Of a DNA stretch of 31,933 nt, positions 10,885 to 22,986 are shown piece by piece. This DNA comes from Tubiluchus corallicola. Its lineage: Eukaryota; Animalia; Priapulida. Position 1 is the stretch's first letter. Every line of letters begins with the position of its first letter. The position numbers and the translations under genes are program-made. Location: contig JAQGDQ010001629.1 of the NCBI GenBank assembly GCA_030141605.1, positions 1-31,933 of the forward strand, written 5' to 3'. The notes beneath the pieces were generated by a model. That model saw only the letters and a program-made list of their open reading frames with translations. It was not told where the DNA came from and ran no database searches.

Positions 10885-10952
10885 GCTTGTTGATTTGTTT
10901 GTTTATTTGATGTGATCACGAGTACAAATAAAAATGATATATATATATATAT
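10885..10952 (+). mobile_element. Short retroposon 3' tail fragment within (TA)n
   Basis: TGTTTATTTGATGTG...CACGAGTACAAATAAAAATGATATAT matches ~25048-25095. Confidence 0.6.
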
Positions 10953-12805
10953 TTAGAGAGAGAGAGAGGGATTAGTAAATTAAAAGCTAAATAAATTTTA
11001 GAGACTAATTATGTAATACATATATATTTGGTGAATCAGTAGTGCACACTGGGAAGGCGAGGCAGTGCCGTTTTACCAGGTGGCGCCAATATTTTAAATT
11101 ATCTTCTCCAATTGCATAAGCTTTTCAAACAGCTAAGCGCAATGCTAAGTAATACAACTTTGTATGGAAATTTTTTTTTAGATATAGTTTAAAAATCCCT
11201 TTTCTTCCCTTTAAAAGAAACAGAAAAAAACATTTTTGCACTTGCAATGGCAGCCACAATTACAGGAACGTCTTCATCGCGTGAATCTTTTCTTAATTAT
11301 TTGTTTATTTATTCATTTTTTATTTTACGTTTATTTCAGTACCATAGAATAATAAACAAGGCTTAGTTAAAAATCACAATTAAAATTATTACTACAAGAC
11401 AAATGAAAAATAAATAATTACACAAAAAACAGAGAATTACTAAGCTAAATATGTAAGAAAGGGTTAGTACGTGTACATTCTAAAGGGCAAAAATATTCGA
11501 AGTTAAAATGACAGCAGTATTAAGAGCAAAACTGCGTCTGGCTTCATTCCCTGAACTTGTTTTTGAAATCTTAACTGAATTTGTTTTTCTAATCGTAACT
11601 TGTTTTTGAAGATATATATATATATATATATATTAATTCTTTATTTGTCATTAAAATGGTTCACTCATTATAATAAAATTGAGTAAGCCTCAGCGTAATG
11701 TTAAAATAACAACACTGTTCAAGACAAATGCGTCCAGTGCAGACTAAAAAATACTAAATTTGCAAAACTAAGGCCTAATTATATACAATAAATGAACATA
11801 TTTACAAACACCATATTAAAATATTTTTACAAAACAATATTACAAAAGTACATTAAATTTTACATGACATATTTTACACTATACATACATTTGACATGAC
11901 ACAATTAACAGAAACATGCTTTACATTACATAAATTTCACTCATTACATTTACACTACTTACACATTTGACATTACAAAACTAACATAACACGTATAGAT
12001 GGTCCCCGTTTGACTGCATTGCGATTGTAACAGATGAAACTTGTAAAATTCTTTGACAGGTTAAATACGCGGTAATTTATCGTCTGTAGTCTAGAGTCGA
12101 CGTGGCGTCTTGTTGAGTCTTCATTCTATACAGTGTGACGTTTATTGTACTCGCCCGTCACTCGGCAGAATTATTTATGTCAAGAACCTCTTCTCATGAA
12201 TCTGCCTCTTCAGCTTTTTCGCAAAAATGCAGAAAGATTTATGAGCTTTTATCGGTCCGCGTCGGAATAATCACTCAATTTTGCTAACCGTTTGATCATG
12301 CGTGTTCCGGGTAAACATACGTCCCGTCGTAAAATGGACGAAACCAAAACGGGTACCGTTGACACAGTGACGGTGACGTCATCGCTGTGTGAAAGGAAGC
12401 CAGCGAATTGACAGGTTGTTTCATCGTGTGCAGTGTAGGCGTATTGCGTACCTGCGGGATTACATCCACATCATTCTGCTGTGATGCTGTGTGTGCACAG
12501 TAATTATAGGGCTTCAGAGCTGTAGAGAGAGGTTTTTGTTTTTGTTTAGTTGTCCTTCTTGCACGGACAATTCCCGGTGATAATTATTATGACAATGAAC
12601 GCATTGTGTCGCGGACAATGAACGGATTGTGTCGCGGACAATAAACATACACGCAGAAATGATGAAGATGAAATTTGAAGATGAATCAGTTTGACGACAT
12701 TGTTGTGTACGTGCGTTTTTAAGCTTAGTTTAAACTCACCATGTAATTAACAGAACTGAATATAATGTGGACTGTTGTTGTGCCATGAATTCACTTATTT
12801 ATCAG

Positions 12806-12928
12806 ACAACTTTTATCCGTAGCTTTATGATTTGATGTTTGCACTCTGGACACTGGCCCCGCATGGCTTCTGGGCGATTAGGCAGATCACAGTCAGTTGC
12901 TGGCACGGTATGGACACCAAAAGAAAAG
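12806..12928 (+). other. Candidate exon, gene unidentified
   Basis: Acceptor TTCACTTATTTATCAG| and strong donor AAG|GTAAGC. ATG at 12863 gives MASGRLGRSQSVAGTVWTPKEK up to the donor. No reading frame is open across the whole exon. Confidence 0.25.
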
Positions 12929-13124
12929 GTAAGCATAATAGTAATGGTACATTTTCCGTATGAGTCACGGTTGGAATTTTCAAGCATTTTTAGAACATCA
13001 ATTTTGTTGTATATTTATGCTAACTTTTGCATAGCTCCTACTGTCTCATGATACACGAAATCTATATAGACATAATAACAAAATCGACTTCTGCCCTTCC
13101 CACGTAGAAAATATGAATTCTGTG

Positions 13125-13560
13125 AAAAGCTTGTGTTTGTGTGTCTGTAGGTGCAGTAATGAAATTTAAAGAGATGAAGTTGTAATCACGAAACTTGGTA
13201 TAGGTCTGATTTGGGATGAGTGTGTAAAAGACTTCTAAACACACCGTTGATTTTTGGGGGGTGGGGGGTCATGGATCTGTACCATCATTGAATACCTTTT
13301 AGTTTCACAACAGCTACGGGGGAGGGAGGGGGAGGGTAATAGAATCTAAAGAGATGAAGCTGTAATCACGAAACTTGGTATAGGTCTGACTTGGGATAAA
13401 GACTTGTACAAGACTTCTAAACATACCGTCGATTTTTTTGTGGGGGTGGGGGGTCATGGATCTACACCATCATTGAATACCTTTTAGTTTCATAACAGCT
13501 ACGGGGGAGGGAGGGGGAGGGGGAAAGTATGTCTAGCTCTATGTATGCATCTGCAGGCTG
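13125..13560 (+). mobile_element. HINE/DINE-1/pearl-like non-autonomous Helentron fragment with a 180 bp core dimer
   Basis: TGTGTTTGTGTGTCTGT microsatellite-like lead-in followed by two 180 bp units (GAGATG at 13171 and 13351) containing TCACGAAACTTGGTAT, a motif I recall from invertebrate HINE core repeats. Termini not resolved. Confidence 0.5.
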
Positions 13561-13793
13561 TTTTGTGAATACTGTGGTTAATAATCGTGATTTTAATTAG
13601 TTTCACACTCTTTGAAGCTGGTCAGAATTTTGGCAAATGTGTACCCCTCCCCCTGAACTGACTGTCCGGTGCATCTACGTAATAGCAGCTTCTGTTTAAG
13701 TAAAGTTGTCTAAATTGATGCATTAGAAAAAGCAGATGGTCGCTATGTCATTCGTGTAAGCCATGCTTTACGCTTCGAAAAAAACGTTCTCAA

Positions 13794-14012
13794 ATGAGCT
13801 ATGACATCCCAGAATGCAGCATGAGCTGTGACATCCCAGAATGCAGCATGAGCTATGACATCACAGAATGCAGCATGAGCTATGACATCCCAGAATGCAG
13901 CATGAGCTATGACATCCCAGAATGCAGCATGAGCTATGACATCACAGAATGCAGCATGAGCTATGACATCCCAGAATGCAGCATGAGCTATGACATCCCA
14001 GAATGCAACATG
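13794..14012. repeat. 27 bp minisatellite, ~8 copies
   Basis: Unit ATGAGCTATGACATCCCAGAATGCAGC. Confidence 0.96.
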
Positions 14013-14229
14013 CAATGTCAACCAAACAAACTGTGAGTTCAAAGCAAAACTGTCCACAGGCTTTTGTCAATATATGTAGCAACATAAACCAAATTCCTTT
14101 AGTGGCACAAACACTTTTATTATTGACTGTCTTTTCTGTACACTACGTTGTGACTACTAGATTAAAACTGTAAAAGCTCAAATCAGTTGAAACTGGTTAA
14201 CCTTGGGTAATGTATATCAGAAACCAGTC

Positions 14230-14475
14230 AGGTGAGAAAATGATTCACTGTAGTCTAACTTGTTGTAAAGTTGTAATGTTGCTAAAGTTTATAAAGTTCA
14301 TAAACAAACCCGTGAATCAGTTCACGACACTACAAGAAGAAGTACAACTCAAGTAAAGGTGAGAAAATGATTCACTGTAGTCTAACTTGTTGTAAAGTTG
14401 CTAAAGTTTATAAAGTTCGTAAACAAACTCGTGAATCAGTTCACAACACTACAAGAAGAACAACAACTCAAGTAA
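14230..14475. repeat. Tandem duplication, ~120-128 bp
   Basis: AGGTGAGAAAATGATTCACTG...ACAACTCAAGTAA occurs twice. Confidence 0.93.
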
Positions 14476-14908
14476 GTACTAGACATCCCATTCTAGGATG
14501 CAATTATGAATTGAAATGCTTCACCACGTTAAACGAGTCATCCCTACGGATGATAATAAATGTACATTTAGAGAGACCACATATGGCTTCTAGTAAACCG
14601 TATAACGTGATTTACATCAGATGGAATTACTAGGCGTATCACTGGGTGAAACTGTAGAAAAGTACCAGTATTGTGTTATTATATAATAATTTCATTCCTA
14701 TTTTCCATTACAGTATAAACAGTCGCTGAAAATAAGGGTTCAATCAGGACTTTTACACAACAGCGTAAAAGAGAAACTGCTTATGAGAATATTAAGAGGT
14801 CTCTCTTATTTATGATTGTTGTTCTCACGTCAGCTGAGTTGATTCGCCCCCTATTCTCTGGGATTGATGATTTGATCGTAGTGGCAGGGAGAAAATTGCG
14901 GCACGATA

Positions 14909-14974
14909 GCAAGCACAATAACTCACATCTGCAAGCACAATAACTCACATCTGCAAGCACAATAACTCACATCT
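14909..14974. repeat. 22 bp triplication
   Basis: GCAAGCACAATAACTCACATCT x3. Confidence 0.9.
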
Positions 14975-15169
14975 CCATTCTATATAAAGGGGGCCTCACA
15001 TATGTAGATCAATAGTTTAATTTGTTGGCATTACGGCGTAGTCGGTGCCTGCAGTTTGCGTGGTGCGCCAGGCAAATCACTAGTCGTTAAGCAAAATTCT
15101 TGCTATCCATGTCGTGTCTTATCAAGTGCTTTCAAGGTGAGAAAGTTTAGCAAGGACAAGGCAACCGGA

Positions 15170-16050
15170 TGTAGTCACGTGTTCAGTTTATCAGAGACAA
15201 GTCAAGCTGTTGTAGTCACGTGTTCAGTTTATCACGGACAAGTCAAGCTGTTGTAGTCACGTGTTCAGTTTATCAGGGACAAGTCAAGCTGTTGTAGTCA
15301 CGTGTTCAGTTTATCAGGGACAAGTCAAGCTGTTGTAGTCACGTGTTCAGTTTAGCAGGGACAAGTCAAGCTATTGTAGTCACTTGTTCAGTTTATCAGG
15401 GACAAGTCAAGCTGTTGTAGTCACGTGTTCAGTTTAGCAGGGACAAGTCAAGCTGTTGTAGTCACGTGTTCAGTTTATCAGGGACAAGTCAAGCTGTTGT
15501 AGTCACGTGTTCAGTTTATCAGGGACAAGTCAAGCTGTTGTAGTCACTTGTTCAGTTTAGCAGGGGGGACAAGTCAAGCTGTTGTAGTCACGTGTTCAGT
15601 TTAGCAGGGGACAAGTCAAGCTGTTGTAGTCACTTGTTCAGTTTATCAGGGACAAGTCAAGCTGTTGTAGTCACATGTTCAGTTTATCAGGGACAAGTCA
15701 AGCTGTTGTAGTCACGTGTTCAGTTTATCAGGGACAAGTCAAGCTGTTGTAGTCACATGTTCAGTTTATCAGGGACAAGTCAAGCTGTTGTAGTCACGTG
15801 TTCAGTTTATCAGGGACAAGTCAAGCTGTTGTAGTCACGTGTTCAGTTTATCAGGGACAAGTCAAGCTGTTGTAGTCACTTGTTCAGTTTATCAGGGACA
15901 AGTCAAGCTGTTGTAGTCACGTGTTCAGTTTAGCAGGGACAAGTCAAGCTGTTGTAGTCACTTGTTCAGTTTAGCAGGGACAAGTCAAGCTGTTGTAGTC
16001 ACTTGTTCAGTTTAGCAGGGACAAGTCAAGCTGTTGTAGTCACGTGTTCA
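15170..16050. repeat. 41 bp minisatellite, ~21 copies
   Basis: Unit TGTAGTCACGTGTTCAGTTTATCAGGGACAAGTCAAGCTGT. Confidence 0.97.
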
Positions 16051-16243
16051 TCGAAAGTCACTTCCTACGTTAAAGCACAAGAAACCCCCTCATCAACATA
16101 AACATAAAGCTTAAGAAATTTTATATCACTTACATACTGCCTTTTTGCATACAGGACTTCAATCGGCAGTAACGCTGTATAAAACATGTAAATTTAAACT
16201 CCCGCGATGACCGTTAGACGCAGCCATTTTGACGACAGGTCAT

Positions 16244-16411
16244 GTGAAACAAGTTTAGATAACATTTTGTAAAGATTGAAAAAATAATCAGAGCATTCGT
16301 AGCGCACAAGTCACTAACTAAATAAAATTTAAAATTACTGTACCTTGTCAATAAGATTAAAAATACGTTTTTGGTTAGTGAGTGGTGCACCCTGGAAGGT
16401 GAGTCAGGGAC
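16244..16411 (+). repeat. Dispersed repeat, copy 1 (inverted copy at 29550-29710)
   Basis: TGAAAAAATAATCAGAGCATTCGTAGC and TTGGTTAGTGAGTGGTGCACCCTGGA are shared with the reverse complement of 29550-29710. Confidence 0.85.
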
Positions 16412-16606
16412 AAAGTCACTATATATGGTAACTTTGAAAAAATGAAAATATTCTAGTTAGTTTAGTCAGTAGCTGTGCTTTTATCCCATCTCTTTGCCTA
16501 GAAGAACTTTTGTCCACTTGAAGGATCCAAATTCATCTGTTTAGCACGTGGAATAAACGAGTTTGAAGAAATCCACATTTATTACTAATTTTAATTTGCA
16601 CAACTA

Positions 16607-17577
16607 CCGTAAAACGGGGTGAGTTCGCCACCCGAGGGTGAGTTCGCCACCCCTTACGTAATGGCCATTGTAGGTTTGCTGTAACTATTGTTCAGTGTTT
16701 AATGAACAGATATCATGATCACCGTCATTATAAACAGTTTGCGACAGTTATCTTCTTTCAATTCGCACTAGAAGTATTCCATTCTGCGCTACATATTATT
16801 TGTCTACTATTTCTTGCTACTTAACATGCCACGCACCTGCACCACTGTACCGGGTCATAGATACCAAAATTATACCCCAGAAGCTCTGGAAGCTGCCCTA
16901 CATGCCGTCAAGAATACCAACAGGACAATCAACGCAGCGGCGAGGCAATTCGGAGTTCCAAGAAAGACCCTTTCTGACAAACTCTCAGGAACTCATCCGC
17001 GGAAGACCGGAGGTCAGCCAGTGTTCTCCGCCGCCGAGGAGCACAAAATCGCCAACACTCCAAGTGGCCGCTGAGTGGGGGTTCCCAATGACTGCCATCG
17101 ATCTCCGACTAGTGATTAAGAGTGTTGTTGACGCGAAGGGAATCCAGGAACGATGATTCAAGGCAAACACCCCTGGAATAGACTTTGTCAAATCATTCGC
17201 GTGAAGGAACAATCTGGTTTTCAGAGTGGCTGGCAACATCAAGCGCGCCCGCGATAAGATCAGTGCACAAGACGTTCAAGCCTTCCTTGCCAACGTAGAA
17301 GTTTCTATTTGAAAACTAAAACTAGACATTTTTCATAATTTTTTCATAGGGTGGCGAACTCACCCCCAACCAGCCAATCACAACCAGTTAACTTCAGCTG
17401 CCTAGAATGGCATTAAACAGTGTTAAATTGTTAGTGGCGAATTCACCCCACGATAGTGTTTCATTCGAAAGGCAATATAAAGCTTGAACTAAGAAAATCG
17501 GTTGGGTAATTCTCTTGCTATGGCAGGAAACGTAAAAAAATACCCCTAAAAAGTGGCGAACTCACCCCGTCTTACGG
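16607..17577 (+). mobile_element. pogo-type (Tc1/mariner superfamily) DNA transposon, internally deleted, 971 bp
   Basis: 25 bp TIRs CCGTAA(A/G)ACGGGGTGAGTTCGCCAC at 16607-16631 and 17553-17577 (1 mismatch); TA on both sides; sub-terminal copies of GGGTGAGTTCGCCAC; transposase remnant inside. Confidence 0.95.
16826..17312 (+). pseudogene. pogo-like transposase N-terminus (pipsqueak-type HTH plus CENP-B-type HTH); no DDE domain
   Basis: MPR...YTPEALEAALHAVK...INAAARQFGVPRKTLSDKL...GGQPVFSAAEEHKIANT/QVAAEWGFPMTAIDLR...*FKANTPGIDFVKSFA*RNNLVFRVAGNIKRAR. Frameshift at ~17060; stops at 17154 and 17202. Confidence 0.92.
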
Positions 17578-17754
17578 TATTATATTATTGTACTATTTAT
17601 ATAGCCCTGTATTACATTATTACTTGCCTTAATTACAATAATAATAATGTATCAACATAAAACAGTTTTATGACCAACCCTTATTTCTCCGCGTGCTGCA
17701 TATTACGTATTCTTTTATGTGAAAATTTATTCAATGTAGGGCTGAGTGAAGTAT

Positions 17755-18690
17755 TAGGATACGATATAATAGGATAGTATAGGATAAGATTGGACAGTAT
17801 AAGATTAGGATGGGATAGGATAGGATAGGATAGGATAGGATAAGATTGGACAGTCTAAGATTAGGATGGGATAGGATAGGATAGGATAGGATAGGATTGG
17901 ACAGTATAAGATTAGGATGGGATAGGATAGGATAGGATAGGATAGGATTGGATAGAGTAGGACAGGATAGGATAGGATAGGATAGGTTAGTATTAAAATA
18001 AGATAGGATCAGGATAGGATAGGTTAGGATTGAATAGAATAGGACAGGACAGGATAGGATAGGATAGGTTAGTATTAAAATAAGATAGGATCAGAATAGG
18101 ATAGGATAGGGTAGGTTAGTATTAAGATAAGATGGGATTGGGATAGGATAGGTTAGGATAGTATGGAGTAGGGAGGATAGGACTAAATGGCGTGGGACCG
18201 GACCATGCCACGTAATCAGGCCCATACCGCCGGATCGGACAGGACAGGGCAGAGTAGAGCAGGGTATAATAGGATAGGATTAGTATAGGATAAGATAGGA
18301 CAGTACAGGATTAGGATGGGATAGGATAGGATAGGGTAGGTTAGGTTAGTATTAACATAAGATGGGATTAGGATAGGTTAGGATAGGATGGGGTAGGGAG
18401 GATAGGACTATATGGCGTTTGACCGGACCACACCATGTAATCAGGCCCATACCGCCGGATCGGACAGGACAGAGCAGAGTAGAGCAGGGTAGGATAGGAT
18501 AGGATAACTATAGGATAAGATAGGACAGTACAGGTTTAGGATAGGATAGGATGGGATAGGATAGGATAGGATAAGGTAAGAAAGGACAGGATAGGATTAG
18601 GATAGGATAGGTTAGTATAGGGTAAGGTAGGGCAGGATAGGACAGGACAGGATAGATCAGGGTAACTGGATAGGTTCAGGGTAACTGTAT
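17755..18690. repeat. (GGATA)n pentanucleotide satellite with a ~240 bp higher-order duplication
   Basis: TAGGA/CAGGA units; the unique insert GACCGGACCA...TAATCAGGCCCATACCGCCGGATCGGAC occurs at ~18196 and ~18421. Confidence 0.93.
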
Positions 18691-18956
18691 GGTGTGATTA
18701 CGTAGCTTTAGAAAGGATACGATAGAATGAATGTCTATTTTTTCTTCCACATTTTCTTGAATATAAAGCACAAATAGAACATGAATGTATCATTTCTATG
18801 AAATTTCAGATGTTATATGGATTGCAGTAGAATAGGTACAATTGAAGTTGACTACAATAAATGATAAATAGTATTCGATATAAGTCAAACGAATGTGCAA
18901 AGTTGTATCACTCTGAACAAACTGTCTGTATTTTGCTTTATTCAAGAGAATGCACG

Positions 18957-20232
18957 TTTTTCTATAGTTTCTGTATAGTTTTTCTATAGTTTCTGTATAG
19001 TTTTTCTATAGTTTCTGTGTAGTTTTTCTATAGTTTCTGTATAGTTTTTCTATAGAGAATGCATAGATTTTCTATAGCTTTCTGTATAGTTTTTCTATAG
19101 TTTCTGTATAGTTTTTCTATAGTTTCTGTATAGTTTTTCTATAGAGAATGCATAGATTTTCTATGCTTTCTGTATAGTTTTTCTGTAGTTTCTGTATAGT
19201 TTTTCTATAGTTTCTGTATAGCTTTTCTATAGTTTCTGTATAGTTTTTCTGTAGTTTCTGTATAGTTTTTCTGTAGTTTCTGTATAGTTTTTCTGTAGTT
19301 TCTGTATAGTTTTTCTATAGTTTCTGTATAGTTTTTCTATAGTTTCTGTATAGCTTTTCTGTAGTTTCTGTGTAGTTTTTCTGTAGTTTCTGTATAGTTT
19401 TTCTGTAGTTTCTGTATAGTTTTTCTGTAGTTTCTGTATAGTTTTTCTGTAGTTTCTGTATAGTTTTTCTATAGTTTCTGTATAGTTTTTCTGTAGTTTC
19501 TGTATAGTTTTTCTATAGTTTCTGTATAGTTTTTCTGTAGTTTCTGTATAGTTTTTCTATAGTTTCTGTATAGTTTTTCTATAGTTTCTGTATAGCTTTT
19601 CTATAGTTTCTATATAGTTTTTCTATAGTTTCTGTATAGTTTTTCTATAGAGAATGCATAGATTTTCTATGCCTTCTGTATAGTTTTTCTATAGTTTCTA
19701 TATAGTTTTTCAATAGAGAATGCATAGATTTTCTATAGTTTCTGTATAGTTTTTCTATAGTTTCTATATAGTTTTTCAATAGAGAATGCATAGATTTTCT
19801 ATATGCTTTCTGTATAGTTTTTCTATAGTTTCTGTATAGTTTTTCTATAGTTTCTGTATAGTTTTTCTATAGTTTCTGTATAGTTTTTCTATAGTTTCTG
19901 TATAGCTTTTCTATAGTTTCTATATAGTTTTTCAATAGAGAATGCATAGATTTTCTATAGTTTCTGTATAGTTTTTCTATAGTTTCTGTATAGTTTTTCT
20001 ATAGAGAATGCATAGATTTTCTATGCTTTCTGTATAGTTTTTCTATAGAGAATGCATAGATTTTCTATATGCTTTCTGTATAGTTTTTCTATAGTTTCTG
20101 TATAGTTTTTCTATAGTTTCTGTATAGTTTTTCTATAGTTTCTGTATAGCTTTTCTATAGTTTCTGTGTAGTTTTTCTATAGTTTCTGTATAGTTTTTCT
20201 ATAGAGAAAGCATACATTTTCTATGCTTTCTG
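18957..20232. repeat. 22 bp minisatellite with interspersed variant blocks
   Basis: Unit TATAGTTTCTGTATAGTTTTTC, punctuated by AGAGAATGCATAGATTTTC. Confidence 0.95.
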
Positions 20233-20412
20233 TGCTTATTTATGGTGTTTGTGTAGAGCTAATACACTATGCTTATCAATAACTCTTTTGCGCTTGCTCC
20301 CGAGTTGTGACAGATAAATGATTAATCTTTTTTGATGACCAAGAGACGAATGAAATTTGTATTGAACCACTTTGTCAGTCTGTCCTGGACGAGTGTTGCC
20401 TCTTTACAACAG

Positions 20413-20514
20413 AAATCAATCGACTCTCTTCCCCCGGAGGAGCCGGGAAACGTCCACGACGAGACAACAGGAAATTTTCCAGAATGGATGCGTTTATATT
20501 ATGTAACTACTTAG
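20413..20514 (+). other. Candidate terminal exon, gene unidentified
   Basis: Acceptor TTGCCTCTTTACAACAG|; GC-richer stretch reading KSIDSLPPEEPGNVHDETTGNFPEWMRLYYVTT* in phase 0; AATAAA at 20612-20617. Confidence 0.22.
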
Positions 20515-20700
20515 ACAGATGTGAACACGAAACTACGTTGTGGGAACCATTATTTGCAACAGAAATCATGTGTTTTACTAATAAGCCACTAGTATTCTTG
20601 AATGGCTGGCTAATAAAGTGGCTTTTATAAAATCTGAGTAACGACGAGAATTATTTTTTATAGTAAAGAAATGTGTTTCTAATTGTCACGAGCTTCAAAA

Positions 20701-20768
20701 AGAATTGAATTTTTAATCATCAGCAGAGAAATATCGTTTCGTGAAAACACTTCAAACTCCTGAAATAT
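20701..20768 (+). repeat. 68 bp dispersed direct repeat (second copy at 24644-24711)
   Basis: AGAATTGAATTTTTAATCATCAGCAGAGAAATATCGTTT(C/G)GTGAAAACACTTCAAACTCCTGAAATATT, 1 mismatch. Confidence 0.92.
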
Positions 20769-20993
20769 TGTGTTATTGTTGCAAAGGGATTAATAATGGC
20801 GACTAGAGCAAGAAGACCATGTATGCGTACACAGAGTCTCCCAATAATGGTAATCTTTCTTACATTACTAGTGTCAAATAGAAGTTTTCATCAATTTCTA
20901 CGATTTCCAGAAATGCAATTATACGATACGTAAGCATGAAGTGAAACGGCATCAATATTGACGCGAGTTCACAACATGCAGTGTTGAGTGTTT

Positions 20994-22319
20994 AGCTAAC
21001 ATGTCACTGTTTTTCGGTATTATTTGGCCATGTTGCTTGCAATTTACTGTTATTTGTGTTAAGCATAAAATGAAAAATTACACAGCTAACATGTGACTGT
21101 TTTTCGGTATTATTTGGTAATGTTGCTTGCAATTTACTGTCATTTGTGTTAAGCATGGAATGAAAAATTACACAGCTAACATGTGACTGTTTTTCAGTAT
21201 TATTTGGCCATGTTGCTTGCAATTTACTGTTATTTGTGTTAAGCATGGAATGAAAAATTACACAGCTAACATGTGACTGTTTTTCGGTATTATTTGGCCA
21301 TGTTGCTTGCATTACGCTTGCAATTTACTGTTATTTGTGTTAAGCATGGAATGAAAAATTACACAGCTAACATGTGACTGTTTTTCGGTATTATTTGGCC
21401 ATGTTGCTTGCATTACGCTTGCAATTTACTGTTATTTGTGTTAAGCATGGAATGAAAAATTACACAGCTAACATGTGACTGTTTTTCAGTATTATTTGGC
21501 CATGTTGCTTGCAATTTACTGTTATTTGTGTTAAGCATGGAATGAAAAATTACACAGCTAACATGTCACTGTTTTTCGGTATTGTTTGGTAATGTTGCTT
21601 GCATTACGCTTGCAATTTACTGTTATTTGTGTTAAGCATGGAATGAAAAATTACACAGCTAACATGTGACTGTTTTTCGGTATTGTTTGGCCATGTTGCT
21701 TGCAATTTACTGTTATTTGTGTTAAGCATAGAATTAAAAATTACACAGCTAACATGTCACTGTTTTTCGGTATTGTTTGGTAATGTTGCTTGCATTACGC
21801 TTGCAATTTACTGTTATTTGTGTTAAGCATGGAATGAAAAATTACACAGCTAACATGTGACTGTTTTTCAGTATTATTTGGCCATGTTGCTTGCAATTTA
21901 CTGTTATTTGTGTTAAGCATGGAATGAAAAATTACACAGCTAACATGTGACTGTTTTTCGGTATTATTTGGCCATGTTGCTTGCATTACGCTTGCAATTT
22001 ACTGTTATTTGTGTTAAGCATGGAATGAAAAATTACACAGCTAACATGTGACTGTTTTTCAGTATTATTTGGCCATGTTGCTTGCAATTTACTGTTATTT
22101 GTGTTAAGCATGGAATGAAAAATTACACAGCTAACATGTCACTGTTTTTCGGTATTGTTTGGTAATGTTGCTTGCATTACGCTTGCAATTTACTGTTATT
22201 TGTGTTAAGCATGGAATGAAAAATTACACAGCTAACATGTGACTGTTTTTCGGTATTATTTGGCCATGTTGCTTGCAATTTACTGTTATTTGTGTTAAGC
22301 ATGGAATGAAAAATTACAC
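20994..22319. repeat. 90/101 bp satellite, 14 copies
   Basis: AGCTAACATG restarts at 20994, 21084, 21174, 21264, 21365, 21466, 21556, 21657, 21747, 21848, 21938, 22039, 22129, 22230; the long variant carries an extra ATTACGCTTGC. Confidence 0.97.
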
Positions 22320-22389
22320 GATATATCGGAGCACTGGACCACAGATGATAAATCTATATTATCAGATCAGGAATGTAGCGTGCCTTTAA
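22320..22389. mobile_element. Possible Kolobok-type transposon terminus
   Basis: ...GTAGCGTGCCT|TTAA reads TTAA|AGGCACGCTAC on the minus strand (TTAA target, RR start). Partner TIR not found. Confidence 0.35.
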
Positions 22390-22986
22390 GGATAACTGCA
22401 GCTTCAGCAACAAATTCTATTGTGCTTGTTGATTTTGGCTCAGATCATGTTAGTTAATGAATCTGTCGTAATTAATTGCTTGTTTCATTGTAGTCCACAC
22501 ACGCTGTCTTGTCCGAAAGCTCATTAATAATGGAATGCGTTTAACGGCCGCAAAGAATAGAGTGCTGATAGCTCTGGCTTCTACGGATTCTCGGGAATAA
22601 AATTACACTCCGGTTATTCTAAGAAGCCACGCGTCCTGCTTGAATAGTTCCAAGAAGCCCGGGATTTGATCATCCTATCAGTTTTAGCAAGAAAATCTTG
22701 AAATGTAATTATACATACCATAGAAGCTTAGTGAATGTCATAAAACGTCAAATTAAATTCTACTCTGTTTTATTTACACACACACAGTTATAATTAATTG
22801 TCACCATAAAAAACGAATTAGACAGATTACGAATAGTGTAACTAAGCTGGGTTTAGCTCGTCATGCGCTCAAGTCACCAGTTTTGAAAACTTATTTTAAA
22901 ATCGCTTTGTTTTCTGCTGTAGATTCAGAACGCTGGTAGAAGTTACCCCCCCCCCCAGCCTGTAAAATATAACAGTCTTTTCACGC

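Noticed and set aside
12033-12425. MITE bounded by GATGAAAC...AATTC imperfect inverted repeats
   Set aside because: The match is short and gapped, with no TSD.
12815-12890. Kinase C-lobe-like peptide LYDLMFALWTLAP
   Set aside because: Lacks the conserved C and RP residues, has an in-frame stop just upstream, and no other kinase exons were seen.
14817-16186. Solo LTR enclosing the 41 bp array (TG...CA ends, TATATAAAG)
   Set aside because: No matching TSD and no clear AATAAA; boundaries are arbitrary.
17755-18690. Interstitial telomeric (TTAGG)n
   Set aside because: The dominant unit is ATAGG/ACAGG; TTAGG is only sporadic.
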